Of a stretch of 20,000 nucleotides of DNA, positions 1 through 9,627 are shown in pieces (within the stretch, counting starts at the first letter, position 1; each line of letters opens with the position of its first letter). A program made the position numbers and the translations under genes. A model generated the notes under the pieces. That model had not been told where the DNA came from. It saw only the letters and a program-made list of their open reading frames with translations, and did no database searches. Source of the stretch: an uncultured virus (IMG/VR IMGVR_UViG_3300010885_077351) (taxonomy: Duplodnaviria > Heunggongvirae > Uroviricota > Caudoviricetes); IMG/VR virus record IMGVR_UViG_3300010885_077351; one strand, written 5' to 3'.

Positions 1-1
1 T

Positions 2-109
2 ACAACAAATACCACTAAAACAACAACATCTGTAACTGTTATCAACACTAATTCATCAGGCACACTTACCGGTACTAGTAATGCTAGTGTGTTTATTTAC
101 GCACCATAA
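2..109 (+). CDS. 3' end of an upstream Thr/Ser-rich protein (partial; probably a virion/tail protein)
   Basis: Open frame from position 2 (TTNTTKTTTSVTVINTNSSGTLTGTSNASVFIYAP) ends at TAA 107-109, overlapping the next ATG (TAATG coupling). Confidence 0.6.
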   Translation, partial: TTNTTKTTTSVTVINTNSSGTLTGTSNASVFIYAP

Positions 110-918
110 TGGGTAGAGTATCAAATATTTTAAATCCTGTAAGTAGTAACGCAAACTATGATATAGTTTGGTCATTTAAGTTCTTACTATCAAGTGTAAG
201 TGCTACACCGGCAGATCAAGGTGGTTTTGTAACATATCTCGTACCATCAACTGCTACTAATCCTAACACCTCACCACCTACATACACAGTAGGTGGTTCT
301 GGATTATTTTTAGGCTACGATAATACACCACCAGGTGGTATTATAGATGCTGCTATTGGTATCGGGTTCGATACAATGGGATTGTTTGCTGTATCAGGCA
401 TTGATTCTCGTACATATGGAGTTAATATATCTGCTGCTAAAAGAAACTCTGTAACTATACGAGGAGGTTATAGCGCTTTTGAAATGCTTTATAACGAAAG
501 TCTTTCAGCTTTAAATACAAATTTTACTCTTTTAACAACAACAGAGAATTACCAATGGCTAAGATTTCGCTTAGGTAATATCGGTCAGACTCTTTATTTA
601 GACTACAGACATAGAGACAATGATTCTTATTCGCAATTGTTAGAGTTACCAGTTAATTTACTAATTAATGATAACACCTTTTATAGTGTTGGTATTTCAT
701 ACGCATACCCTCTTAGTTCTACTACGTACAGTGAACAATCTAATACTATCCTCAGAATTAAAAACTTTCAAGTTGAAGGTAGTATAAGTGCGCCAGATAC
801 TTTCGTGTATAGTACAACTAGTATGTCTATTACAGCTCTTGAATTTGAGACAAACACCTCACCTATTACTGGTAATAGTATTCTCGCTGTACAAGATGAA
901 CATATATTCCTTACATAA
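109..918 (+). CDS. L-type (legume/ConA-like) lectin-fold protein, putative tail/receptor-binding component
   Basis: 269 aa, beta-rich. WSFKF...GGFVTYLVP...GSGLFLGY...IGIGFDT resembles the L-lectin F-x-F / DG-F-x-F / GGxLG / VAVEFDT pattern. Lies next to a tail-type gene. Confidence 0.55.
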   Translation: MGRVSNILNPVSSNANYDIVWSFKFLLSSVSATPADQGGFVTYLVPSTATNPNTSPPTYTVGGSGLFLGYDNTPPGGIIDAAIGIGFDTMGLFAVSGIDSRTYGVNISAAKRNSVTIRGGYSAFEMLYNESLSALNTNFTLLTTTENYQWLRFRLGNIGQTLYLDYRHRDNDSYSQLLELPVNLLINDNTFYSVGISYAYPLSSTTYSEQSNTILRIKNFQVEGSISAPDTFVYSTTSMSITALEFETNTSPITGNSILAVQDEHIFLT

Positions 919-921
919 ATA
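916..921 (+). promoter_or_regulatory. T4-type late promoter-like box (CATAAATA)
   Basis: TAAATA 9 nt upstream of ATG 931. It overlaps the previous stop codon, so it may be coincidental. Confidence 0.4.
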
Positions 922-930
922 ATATAAGCA

Positions 931-3159
931 ATGAGTACATATATAGTCCCAGGTACAAGACTTACCACTTTAACAGCTTTAAGTGTTCTTACAGATGCTG
1001 ATTTGTTTTATGTGGTAGACACAACAACAAATACATCTCGTAAAACAACTTATGAATCTCTTACATCAAATGTACTTAGAGATTTAACTTCATTTTTCTT
1101 GAATTCAACTGGAGGTCGAGTTAATGGTCTGGTTACGCTACTATCTGGTGTTTCAGCTACAAATTTCTTCTATACAAGTGGTGATGGTTTAGTTGTACCT
1201 TATGATAGATCAGACTTTTTATATTTGAGTTCAACTCAGACGGAGATGTCTAAAGCTGCATCACAACAATATGTTATATCTCAGCTAGCATCTGTTAGTG
1301 GTATAACTCAAACCTATTTATTTCAAAATTTTGTAGCTCTTTCTGGGTCTGTATTAACTGCAAATCTTTCAAGTTCAATTGTACCTACTACATCTAGTCA
1401 ATATGTTAATTTAAAGTATATTACAGATAATTATGTACCAAAAACAGGTGGTGTGTTTACTGATTTTATTTCAGTACCACAACCATCTGTTGGTGATCCA
1501 AGTGCAAGGGTTGCAACAGTTGGTTATGTTGAGAGTAGAATTGCTGCACAACCTGGTTCTAGATTGAATAACCTTTCTGCTTTTCCGATTAATAATCGCG
1601 ACAACAAGCACAATAATAACGGTAGGGGTAATAGCGGTAATGGTGTTACTTTTATACGAGATAATGATAGTAAAGTAAGATCTTGTGGTCTATATAGTAA
1701 CGTCAACTCAGGTGGTTATGGATTTTACCAAACACAACTTTATAGTTTTCCTCAACTGCCTATTGAATTTCAAATTAATAACGGTACGGAGTTTGCTACA
1801 AAGGTACTCAATACTGGTCAATCTACTTTTATATTATCTAATTTAGGTTATGTATACACTGCAGGTGATAACACTGCAGGTCAACTTGGTGTTGGTGGTA
1901 TAACTAGAAGAAACACCTTTGTTAATATTACTTCTAGTATTACACCATCAACAACCGGTACTCAAATTACTGGATTGTTTATTAGTCAGGGTAATGACCA
2001 AACAACAACTAATAACTCTGTTTATTTATTGAGTGGTGGTCAGTTATGGGCATGGGGATCCAATAAAATAGGGCAACTTGGTGTTGGATCAACCACAAAT
2101 GTTGCTGTTCCAGCACTTGTAAATTTAGTGAGCCCAGGTTCATCAATTGTTGGTCAATATTTAACTAAAATTGCAGCGTCTAACTCAGCTGCGTTAGGCT
2201 ATGTATTAGCTATAGATAGTAATAAAATAGTGCATGTCGCTGGTTGGAATGCCGCTGGTCAATTAGGATTGAGTGCAGCTATAAATGGTACGGGATCAGG
2301 TAGACGTACTGGTGCCTTTCCAACAAATACCACAACATTTAAAACATCTCAGTTGTGGACAATCTCTAGTGTTCAAGTTTCACCTCATCTACAAACTGTT
2401 CCATTACCGGTATTAATATCCCCTACAATAACTGCAGATGAAGTTTATACAGCTGGGTCAAATTCATACATACTTACTGGTGGTAGTGTATTGTCTTGTG
2501 GTAGAAATGGTACTGGGGCTTGTGGTCTTGGTAACACAACAAGCGCTCCAGGTATCTTAAGTCCAGCTACTACTAGACCTTATTGGCAAACAGTTATTAG
2601 TGATACATCAGGTGCACCCCTAACAGGTGTAGAATATTTAACTACTAGTGGTGATCCAGCTAATATAGGTATCGTAAGCGTTTGTGCTTATATATCATCT
2701 TTATCAACAATTAAAGTGTGGGGAAGCAACAGCAGTGGGCAGCTTGGTACTGGAAATAACGGAAATCAACTAGTTGCGACAACACCATCTAGTGCTCCAA
2801 CAGGCATTCTCAAAGCTAAAATGGTTGGTCAACAGCATAACACCACATTATTTGTTTTAGATAGTGCTGGTGACATATATGTTACAGGTTATGTTGATGG
2901 TGGTTTAGATGGTCGTGGAGAAGGTAACATTAAAGTACAAAATACATTCCAGAAAGTAATTCGACCACAAGGTATTAAATATGTTGACTTCGAAGTGTTT
3001 TCATATGGTAATATGTCTCAATTTAAAACTGTATTAGCTCAATCACTTACCAATGAATTATATGCATGGGGTTACAATACATATAATCAAGGTGGGTTTA
3101 TTAATATACCAGCTACTAAAACAATTATCGATGTACCTATCAAGGTAAGTCTATTCTAA
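931..3159 (+). CDS. RCC1-repeat (beta-propeller) tail fibre / receptor-binding protein
   Basis: 742 aa. C-terminal RCC1-type blades: VYTAGDNTAGQLGVG, LWAWGSNKIGQLGVG, VHVAGWNAAGQLGLS, VLSCGRNGTGACGLG, IKVWGSNSSGQLGTG, IYVTGYVDGGLDGRG, LYAWGYNTYNQGG. The N-terminus (RLTTLTALSVLTDADLFYVVD...SRKTT) and stalk-like motifs (YVNLKYITDNYVPKTGG, VATVGYVE) are typical of phage tail fibres. Confidence 0.8.
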   Translation: MSTYIVPGTRLTTLTALSVLTDADLFYVVDTTTNTSRKTTYESLTSNVLRDLTSFFLNSTGGRVNGLVTLLSGVSATNFFYTSGDGLVVPYDRSDFLYLSSTQTEMSKAASQQYVISQLASVSGITQTYLFQNFVALSGSVLTANLSSSIVPTTSSQYVNLKYITDNYVPKTGGVFTDFISVPQPSVGDPSARVATVGYVESRIAAQPGSRLNNLSAFPINNRDNKHNNNGRGNSGNGVTFIRDNDSKVRSCGLYSNVNSGGYGFYQTQLYSFPQLPIEFQINNGTEFATKVLNTGQSTFILSNLGYVYTAGDNTAGQLGVGGITRRNTFVNITSSITPSTTGTQITGLFISQGNDQTTTNNSVYLLSGGQLWAWGSNKIGQLGVGSTTNVAVPALVNLVSPGSSIVGQYLTKIAASNSAALGYVLAIDSNKIVHVAGWNAAGQLGLSAAINGTGSGRRTGAFPTNTTTFKTSQLWTISSVQVSPHLQTVPLPVLISPTITADEVYTAGSNSYILTGGSVLSCGRNGTGACGLGNTTSAPGILSPATTRPYWQTVISDTSGAPLTGVEYLTTSGDPANIGIVSVCAYISSLSTIKVWGSNSSGQLGTGNNGNQLVATTPSSAPTGILKAKMVGQQHNTTLFVLDSAGDIYVTGYVDGGLDGRGEGNIKVQNTFQKVIRPQGIKYVDFEVFSYGNMSQFKTVLAQSLTNELYAWGYNTYNQGGFINIPATKTIIDVPIKVSLF

Positions 3160-3408
3160 TAGACCGTTCGTATATTCGTAAGTGAGATCGTGCTTCATCG
3201 AATGAAAGCGCTCGTTGATGTATTTTTGGAATGCAATCGGTTTTACCCAGTCGATATTTTCAATATCTACATCCATATCCTCACATTTTTTATCAATATA
3301 GTCAATTGCTTCAACCAAACATAACCACCTTGCATACTGATCAATATGCATTTTTTCTTTACCTTTATTTGTATTAATTGAAATATAAATGTTATTATCG
3401 TTTTTCAT
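3151..3408 (-). CDS. small hypothetical phage protein (weak resemblance to T4 gp33 late co-activator)
   Basis: 85 aa. Own promoter-like TAGATT-17-TATAAT. The acidic helical segment LVEAIDYIDKKCEDMDVDIEN is only loosely gp33-like. Confidence 0.6.
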   Translation of the reverse strand: MKNDNNIYISINTNKGKEKMHIDQYARWLCLVEAIDYIDKKCEDMDVDIENIDWVKPIAFQKYINERFHSMKHDLTYEYTNGLLE

Positions 3409-3414
3409 AATATC

Positions 3415-3443
3415 ATTATAGTCAATTTCCTAACTACAATCTA
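3415..3443 (-). promoter_or_regulatory. sigma70-like promoter TAGATT-N17-TATAAT
   Basis: Perfect -10 at 3420-3415, 6 nt before ATG 3408. Confidence 0.55.
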
Positions 3444-3845
3444 TAGATTTGTGATAGTTAGTAGTGGATCTGTAGTTAAAGGTTTTGTGACGATAATAGG
3501 TGTAAATGTTACCTCTACTTTAATTTCTTGATTACATTTTTCACAAATAAAGTTGTTATCCTGATTAGGGTAGATTATTTCTTCGAATGTATTACTACCG
3601 CAAGGACATGGAAATGATACAGTATTACTTGAAATAATTTCAAGCCTTTCATTTAAAAGAAGTTCTTTCTTAATTGAATCATTACGCAATGTAATGTCAT
3701 TATAAAAATAATTACCAATTAATTGTATTAAAAAAGAAAATATAAATGCATGTAACCAACCACCAAATAATGGAGCAAGTGCATATCCTAGAATACAACT
3801 AATAGTAACTGTAATCACCACACTTTGCAAAACTTGTTTAATCAT
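3441..3845 (-). CDS. membrane protein with two TM helices and a C-terminal Zn-ribbon (CPC...CxxC)
   Basis: Hydrophobic segments VLQSVVITVTISCILGYALAPLF and WLHAFIFSFLIQLIGNYFY, then CPCGS...CEKC. Start placed at ATG 3845 rather than TTG 3863 because TTGAAT lies exactly 34 nt upstream, as for three other genes. Confidence 0.7.
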   Translation of the reverse strand: MIKQVLQSVVITVTISCILGYALAPLFGGWLHAFIFSFLIQLIGNYFYNDITLRNDSIKKELLLNERLEIISSNTVSFPCPCGSNTFEEIIYPNQDNNFICEKCNQEIKVEVTFTPIIVTKPLTTDPLLTITNL

Positions 3846-3846
3846 A

Positions 3847-4176
3847 TTATAATTTAAGATCAATAAGAGAATTATTCAACTCGAATAATTCTTCTCTAAT
3901 CCTAATTATCTGATCTATTTGATTATCAATACGCTTACCCTTTAAAAGTGGTATTTCCTTTACACCAGTTTCTAAAACTGACGCAATATTATTAAGGGTG
4001 TTAACCATTTCTCCTATTTGAGAATAAATCTGTGTTAATTCATGAGGTAACTCTGGAGGAGCTTGAGCAGCTGCTTCTTGTTCGTTTTTAAGTAAGTCGT
4101 AAGCAGCTGAATAATCATCACCTAGCTTAGGTGGCTGAGCTCTTGCAACAGAGTATGGATCTCCTACATGTATCAT
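3847..4176 (-). CDS. hypothetical coiled-coil protein, probably late-expressed
   Basis: 109 aa ORF with a perfect TATAAATA 6 nt upstream of the ATG. Confidence 0.7.
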   Translation of the reverse strand: MIHVGDPYSVARAQPPKLGDDYSAAYDLLKNEQEAAAQAPPELPHELTQIYSQIGEMVNTLNNIASVLETGVKEIPLLKGKRIDNQIDQIIRIREELFELNNSLIDLKL

Positions 4177-4182
4177 TAAATA

Positions 4183-4204
4183 TATTTATAACAATCAATA
4201 AATA
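4183..4204. promoter_or_regulatory. back-to-back T4-type late promoter boxes (TATAAATA on -, AATAAATA on +)
   Basis: Minus-strand TATAAATA at 4190-4183 and plus-strand TAAATA at 4199-4204 lie in the 33-nt divergent gap, 6 and 5 nt before the respective ATGs. Confidence 0.65.
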
Positions 4205-4209
4205 ATAGT

Positions 4210-4629
4210 ATGAGTAGCTTTACAAAAAAATTCTTCACACTCCTCGAACAAGATGGACAAGAACAAATCCCAACCCCAGATCAAGAAGCAATGGCTTCAA
4301 CATTAGATGCTGAAACAGATCCAGCATCTCTTGGAGCTGATATTAATTCCCAAGCTGCAACAGCTGTAGCACAACAGCAACAACAAATGATTGGTACAGT
4401 GCAGTCTTGGATTGCTAAGCTTGATGAGTTTGTTAAGTATCTTAACTCACCAACAGGTGAATCTATTCAGAATACCCTCAAGGATGCTTTACCTGATACA
4501 ATTCTTGATAAAATTCGTACAACTGAAACAAAGAAGATTGCTCGTTCAGCTATGGACCTTGCAGCTCTTTCACAGATTTTCCAAGGTTACCTAGCAACAG
4601 CAAGAGATCCGAAGTACAAAGGAGTATAA
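4210..4629 (+). CDS. hypothetical late protein (possible packaged head protein)
   Basis: 139 aa with a late box upstream and a terminator downstream. N-terminus MSSFTKKFFTLLEQD. Confidence 0.75.
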   Translation: MSSFTKKFFTLLEQDGQEQIPTPDQEAMASTLDAETDPASLGADINSQAATAVAQQQQQMIGTVQSWIAKLDEFVKYLNSPTGESIQNTLKDALPDTILDKIRTTETKKIARSAMDLAALSQIFQGYLATARDPKYKGV

Positions 4630-4643
4630 TTTATAAATTAACG

Positions 4644-4680
4644 AAAAAAGCGAGTAGATTAGTTTCTACTCGCTTTTTTT
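4644..4680. terminator. bidirectional rho-independent terminator
   Basis: AAAAAAGCGAGTAGA-ttagtt-TCTACTCGCTTTTTT: perfect 15-bp inverted repeat with A/T tails on both sides, between convergent genes. Confidence 0.85.
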
Positions 4681-5699
4681 ATCTCTGCAAGTTTCACCAT
4701 ACCCATTAATCCGGTAAAACTATTTTCAATAATGAATTCAGGTGTAATTTCATTAAGACTATACTTCATAACAATGTCATTGAAGTCTTTTAATTTTTTA
4801 CCATATTTTGCAGGCCAAATAAAAACGGTTTCACTTTTATCAAGTAATTTTTCAGTTTTAACTAATGATGTATTATCAATCCACTGAGAGTCTAGCACCC
4901 AAATACGAGTATAAAATTGAAAACGAGTAAGCTGTTGTTGTTGGGTCTCGGTAAATAGATGTTCTCCTTTCGAAATACCAGCAACAGCTAACCCATTTTT
5001 AGTAAACATTGCATTAATTGGACCTTCAAACAGAAATATATAGTTAAGATCGTCTTTTACATTACTAATGCCATAAAGAGACTTATCGCTCCCCATCTTA
5101 GACGTATATTTTGACTTAATATCATTACCACTCTGTATGACCGTTCGAGACTGATAGAAAATAATATCTCCATGTTCATTATAAAATGGAATAACCAATC
5201 TATTTTTATGTACCTTATCTTTTAATGAAACATACAAAGCTTTGGGTTTGTTGATAGATTTATGAATTCGTCTTTCCTTGATAAGCTTGAGACATGCTCT
5301 AACAACCTCATTATCTTTATGAAAATTTACTTGAGTTTTATCAAATAGATTGATTGAATCAGTAGGCAATGTTGGTGCAACATATTCTTTCTTTATTACC
5401 GCATCTTTGAAATCGTATACCTTTGAAGTATCGTACTTACTAGCTTCATCTAGAATTTGAGCATATGTAAGCCCTGATATTTTTTCAATCCACTTAAGTG
5501 GTAGTGAACTCCAACCACAATTATGACAGAATATATTATTATTCTTCGGAATGTAAAAACATCTGCGTTTTGAACCTAAAGATTTACCTTCACGACAAAT
5601 AGGACACCCGCATTGATAAGTTTTATTGTATTTGTTGCGTTTAGGCTGATACCCGTACGTATAAAATTTTTCAATGATGTATTCTTCAGGTAATATCAT
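4659..5699 (-). CDS. gp61: T4 gp61-like DNA primase
   Basis: Zn finger CPIC...CHNC, RLVIPFY...FYQSR, KY, TOPRIM FLFEGPINAMF, WVLDS, and C-terminal FIWP...KDFND. Confidence 0.92.
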   Translation of the reverse strand: MILPEEYIIEKFYTYGYQPKRNKYNKTYQCGCPICREGKSLGSKRRCFYIPKNNNIFCHNCGWSSLPLKWIEKISGLTYAQILDEASKYDTSKVYDFKDAVIKKEYVAPTLPTDSINLFDKTQVNFHKDNEVVRACLKLIKERRIHKSINKPKALYVSLKDKVHKNRLVIPFYNEHGDIIFYQSRTVIQSGNDIKSKYTSKMGSDKSLYGISNVKDDLNYIFLFEGPINAMFTKNGLAVAGISKGEHLFTETQQQQLTRFQFYTRIWVLDSQWIDNTSLVKTEKLLDKSETVFIWPAKYGKKLKDFNDIVMKYSLNEITPEFIIENSFTGLMGMVKLAEIKKASRN

Positions 5700-6562
5700 T
5701 TTAATAGTTTCACAATATAACTTTCATAGTCGTTACCAAAGCAAAAAATATCGTACCATCTATCTTGCTTCTTCAAAATAGAATCTAATTTAAGTTCTTC
5801 ACAATACAACTTAAATTGTTTGAAATCATGATTTTGTGCAATATCTAATTGCTCTTTATACCATTCATGTTCATCTGCATGCATAGTATACTTGTCTAAT
5901 CTAAAAAGACTATAGTTTCTTTTAAACTCTTCGCTTTGCTCAGCTGTAGTTGCATATTCACCATCAAAATATTTTTTAATTTTTTTCTTACCCATACCAG
6001 TTACACCAGGTACGTTATCAGACTTATCACCTCTAAAACATTTTTCAACGAGATAATGCTCTTTTGTAACTTTCATTATATCTAAAAAGTTATCAGCGGT
6101 AATTTCACACTTTTTAATAGGATCATATACAGTAACGTTAGCATTAATGCATTGACATAGGTCTTTATCAACAGTAACTATAACTTTCTTACCAGGGAGC
6201 TCTTTGCAAAGGTAAGCCATGCAGTCATCTGCTTCAAGACGTAACGGGAAGAAGTTTTTTACACCAAGACAGCTTAGTAAATGCTTAATATGCTCGTTTT
6301 TAGAGTGAACTTGAGCACTATATTCACGATCTCGATTACCTTTATAGTCAGCGAACATATCTTTACGTTCGTTTACACCATAATCCTTCTTTTCATCCCA
6401 GCAGCAGTAAATTTTATCAGGTTTAAACTTTTCTACATAGGTTTTAACTGAGTTAAGTACCATATATACATGGAGATAAGAGTCTTCACCTTTAACTTGG
6501 TTGTTAGCTACCCAGAAGCAACGATGCACAAGGTTATTTCCGTCTATAATAAGGGTCTTCAT
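5696..6562 (-). CDS. rnh: T4-like RNase H / 5'-3' flap exonuclease
   Basis: LIIDGNNL, YKGNR, EADD, TVDKDL and GDKSDNVPGV (H3TH) motifs. ATGA overlap with the primase gene. Confidence 0.92.
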   Translation of the reverse strand: MKTLIIDGNNLVHRCFWVANNQVKGEDSYLHVYMVLNSVKTYVEKFKPDKIYCCWDEKKDYGVNERKDMFADYKGNRDREYSAQVHSKNEHIKHLLSCLGVKNFFPLRLEADDCMAYLCKELPGKKVIVTVDKDLCQCINANVTVYDPIKKCEITADNFLDIMKVTKEHYLVEKCFRGDKSDNVPGVTGMGKKKIKKYFDGEYATTAEQSEEFKRNYSLFRLDKYTMHADEHEWYKEQLDIAQNHDFKQFKLYCEELKLDSILKKQDRWYDIFCFGNDYESYIVKLLK

Positions 6563-6568
6563 AACCTT

Positions 6569-6596
6569 ATTATAGACGTTTTCCTTATAAAATCAA
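6569..6596 (-). promoter_or_regulatory. sigma70-like promoter TTGATT-N16-TATAAT
   Basis: -35 at 6596-6591, -10 at 6574-6569, 6 nt to ATG 6562. Confidence 0.7.
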
Positions 6597-7828
6597 GCTA
6601 AAAGAGCTTGAACAGGTTTACCTTTATCTGCAACCTTGAATGGTCTGCCTTCTGGTGAGATTACAATTTGATCTACTGGTAATCCTGCTGCAGCTGCAAT
6701 AGTAGCATTGAAGTCAGATGGGCTAACAATGTTTTCAACTGATTTCATACCTTTTTCATCAGATTTACCATATGCTTGACCACCTTTGATACCGGCACCA
6801 ATGAGTACTCCAGAGAAAGCACCTGGATGGTGGTCTCTACCGTTATTAATGTTAATATTTGGTGTTCTACCAAAGTCTGTTGCAATTACAATAAGGGTTT
6901 TATCATAAAGCCCAGATGCTTTAAGGTCTTCAATGAGAGCATTAACAGCTTGATCAAGAATCTTAAGTTTACCTTCAAGAGATTCAAAGTTATTAACGTG
7001 AGTATCCCAACCACCATCAGTAACTTCAATAAACTTACAATTACCTTGTTCAATTAAACGTTTTGCTAAGCAAACACCTTGACCAAAACGATTATTACCG
7101 TATTTGTCTCTGGTTACTTGATCTACCTTAGAAAGATCGAAGACATCAAGCTCATTTGAATTAAGAAGACGAATTGTTTGGTCATAAAACTCAGCATATG
7201 ACTTTTGAGCTGGGTTAACAATCTTATTAGCATCTTTTTCAAGCTTATCTAAGATTTCAATTCTCTTAGAAAACTCTGCTGCATTTTTAAGCTTAGTATT
7301 ATCAAGACCTCTCATTGGATCTGCTATTGGAATAGGAGAATACTTTTTAGGCATCCAACCAGAACCAGGATGATCAGCACCACCGCCGATTAAAACGTTT
7401 TGAGGTACAACTTTTGGTTTATTATCCTCTGTATAATGACACATCCATGCTCCCATATTAGGGTGAACGATTGTACCAATCTTCTTGAATGATGTTTTTT
7501 GTAAATACTGTGCTGCAGCGTGATCACCTGTTGTAACCATCATAGAACGAACAACAGCCATCTTATCACCATGTTTTGCCATGAGAGGAAGGTGTTCTGA
7601 AATCTGATAACCAGCATTAGTGTTAATTGGATTGAATACACCCTTTACTTCTGCATGTGCTTTTGGATCAAATGTATCCAAATGGCTCATACCACCATTC
7701 ATAAAGAGGTAAATGATATGTTCTGCTTTTTTACCTGCAGGAGCAGCTGCTACATGTGGTAGAACGGTTACACCTAAGCCTGCTGATGCAAGATTAAGCA
7801 CGAAATTACGTCTTGTTAAGTTATTCAT
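6593..7828 (-). CDS. DUF1501 family protein with Tat signal peptide (alkaline phosphatase/sulfatase-like superfamily)
   Basis: MNNLTRRNF twin-arginine signal, IIYLFMNGGMSHLDTFDPK, VVRSM, FGQGVCLAKRLIE, GGWDTH, TDFGRTP, GRDHHP, GIKGGQAYGKSD: all hallmark DUF1501 motifs. Confidence 0.92.
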   Translation of the reverse strand: MNNLTRRNFVLNLASAGLGVTVLPHVAAAPAGKKAEHIIYLFMNGGMSHLDTFDPKAHAEVKGVFNPINTNAGYQISEHLPLMAKHGDKMAVVRSMMVTTGDHAAAQYLQKTSFKKIGTIVHPNMGAWMCHYTEDNKPKVVPQNVLIGGGADHPGSGWMPKKYSPIPIADPMRGLDNTKLKNAAEFSKRIEILDKLEKDANKIVNPAQKSYAEFYDQTIRLLNSNELDVFDLSKVDQVTRDKYGNNRFGQGVCLAKRLIEQGNCKFIEVTDGGWDTHVNNFESLEGKLKILDQAVNALIEDLKASGLYDKTLIVIATDFGRTPNININNGRDHHPGAFSGVLIGAGIKGGQAYGKSDEKGMKSVENIVSPSDFNATIAAAAGLPVDQIVISPEGRPFKVADKGKPVQALLA

Positions 7829-7830
7829 GG

Positions 7831-7843
7831 CTTTTATTATTTA
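7831..7843 (-). promoter_or_regulatory. late-promoter-like 13-mer TAAATAATAAAAG (copy 1)
   Basis: Identical 13-mer found upstream of both the DUF1501 gene and the DUF1549/1553 gene (9628-9640). Confidence 0.45.
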
Positions 7844-9621
7844 TTGAATTTGAACTCCGAACTATTAACTAGTGCCCAGATGATGTCATCATCCTGAACA
7901 CCAACAAACTTACTTTTTTCATCAATTGTTGGTTTTCTAACAATATAGACTTAAAAATAACATCAATTGTATCAGCTGGTGATTTGCCTGTAAGTGTTTT
8001 TGCAAGATTTGTGTCTTTATTGATTGCAACTTCAGCTAATTGACCATTCATAAAAGAAATAACTTGTGTAACTGAACCTTCCTTTGAAGATGTATCAATT
8101 AATTCTCTATCACTACGACCAAGTTGTTCAAGAATCGTATTAACTGGATTGTTATCATTAACTTCAGACGCTCTCACTAGAGGGTAGTTACGATATTTTG
8201 GAGCTGTTTCATATTTTGAACGAATCACCTTTTGATATTCTTCATTTTTAGCTTTTAATTTATCAATTGCCAAATCTTCGATACTATATCTCATTATTTT
8301 AACATATTCATCTTGGAAAGTTAACTTAAATGTTTCAGGCTTAGCAATAGCGATACATAACTGAATCCCACAATTGCTCTGCTGTTAAACGTTGTTTGAC
8401 TGGTCCAATGAACACAAATTTATCTGTATTAGTATACATGCCGTCATAGAGTTCTCTTTGAAACAATGTTGTATTGTAAAGAACATACAGGAATTGCTTA
8501 GTATCATAGTTAACGTCTACCATAATCTTAGCAAGAGTGTTCATAAGCTCACCATTAAGCTCTTTTTCATCGTGAATATTATCATAGTTATCCATTATAT
8601 GTTTACCAAACACCCATTTCCAGTAACGATTAGCAATGTTTTTAGTGAATGTTGGATGATTTGGGTTAACTAACCAGCTAATAACATCCTTTCTCATATC
8701 AACCTTATTGTTAATTTCAGTCTTACCAGAAAGGACTGCAGGTATAACAACATCGCCTGGTTTTGCATCTTTATAATTGTAATCATGAGGTAGTTTCAAT
8801 ACACGCTTTTCATCTACTTCAATATTAGATCTCATAGCATTAACAAAGTTGTTAATAGTATTGTTTAACCCACGGTTCTTTATAGGATCAGCTTTAATTA
8901 TAGCATCAATTTCTTCTCTCAAAGCTTTCTGACGAGCTGCTACCGCTGGATCTTTATCTTTACCACGACCTCTAAGTTCTATCTGGGTAAACATAGCAGC
9001 CATCTTATAAAACTGCATTTGGGTGAAGTCTTGGAAAGGATCATCATGGCATTGTGCACAACCAATATCGGTTCCCATGAATACTTTACCTGTACCAATA
9101 AGGTTATCTAATGGCATTCCTAAATCACGATAGAAGTATCCTGTTGCTGGGTTATCATAATATGAACCTGTTGATGTTAACAGATCTGTAACAAACTTTG
9201 AATAAGATTTGTTAGCTGTGATTGAGTCTTTAACATAATCAATGTAAGGACCACCAGAAAAATTGTTAGTGGTGTTAATTCTATCACGCAATCTTAATGA
9301 TTCAGCCCAGAAGTTAAACATATGTGATGTATAACCTGGATGGTTCATAAGAAACTGTATTAAACCTCGTCTCTTATTAGGGTCTGTTGCTTTATTAAAC
9401 AAGTCATACTCTTCATAGGTTGGATTTCTACCAATTATTGTAAGATACGCTCGTCGTAAAAATTTATCATCATCAATTTTACCAAGTGGTATAACATTAG
9501 CTGCTACGTATTGTTTTTGTAACACAGAATCAATATTACTACTGTATGTGTTAAGTTGATCTAAAGTTGCACCAAATGATAGAGCGCAAACACTTACTAA
9601 TATAGCTATAAGTTTTTTCAT
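7837..9621 (-). CDS. DUF1549/DUF1553 (PSD1/planctomycete cytochrome c-associated) secreted protein, about 595 aa, interrupted by two frameshifts (~8355 and ~7944)
   Basis: Sec signal MKKLIAILVSVCALSFGA. DUF1549 motifs FLRRAYLTIIGRNPT, FWAESLR, FMGTDIGCAQCHDDPF (CxxCH). DUF1553 motifs WLVNPNHPTF..NIANRYWKWVFG and RLTAEQLWDS. Continues in another frame as IAIAKPETF...RASEV...LGRSDRE...SVTQVISFMNG, then shifts again to VRKPTIDE...DDIIWALVNSSEFKFNK* (TAA 7839-7837). It joins track ORFs 8341..9621 and 7869..8294. Confidence 0.88.
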
Positions 9622-9627
9622 AGTAGT

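Noticed and set aside
7869..8294. Track ORF of 141 aa as an independent gene
   Set aside because: It is the middle segment of the frameshifted DUF1549/1553 gene. Its frame is open upstream of its ATG, and its last ~23 residues are out-of-frame sequence.
7938..8362. Programmed ribosomal frameshifting in the DUF1553 region
   Set aside because: No canonical slippery heptamer or obvious stimulatory structure at either junction, and two opposite shifts would be required.
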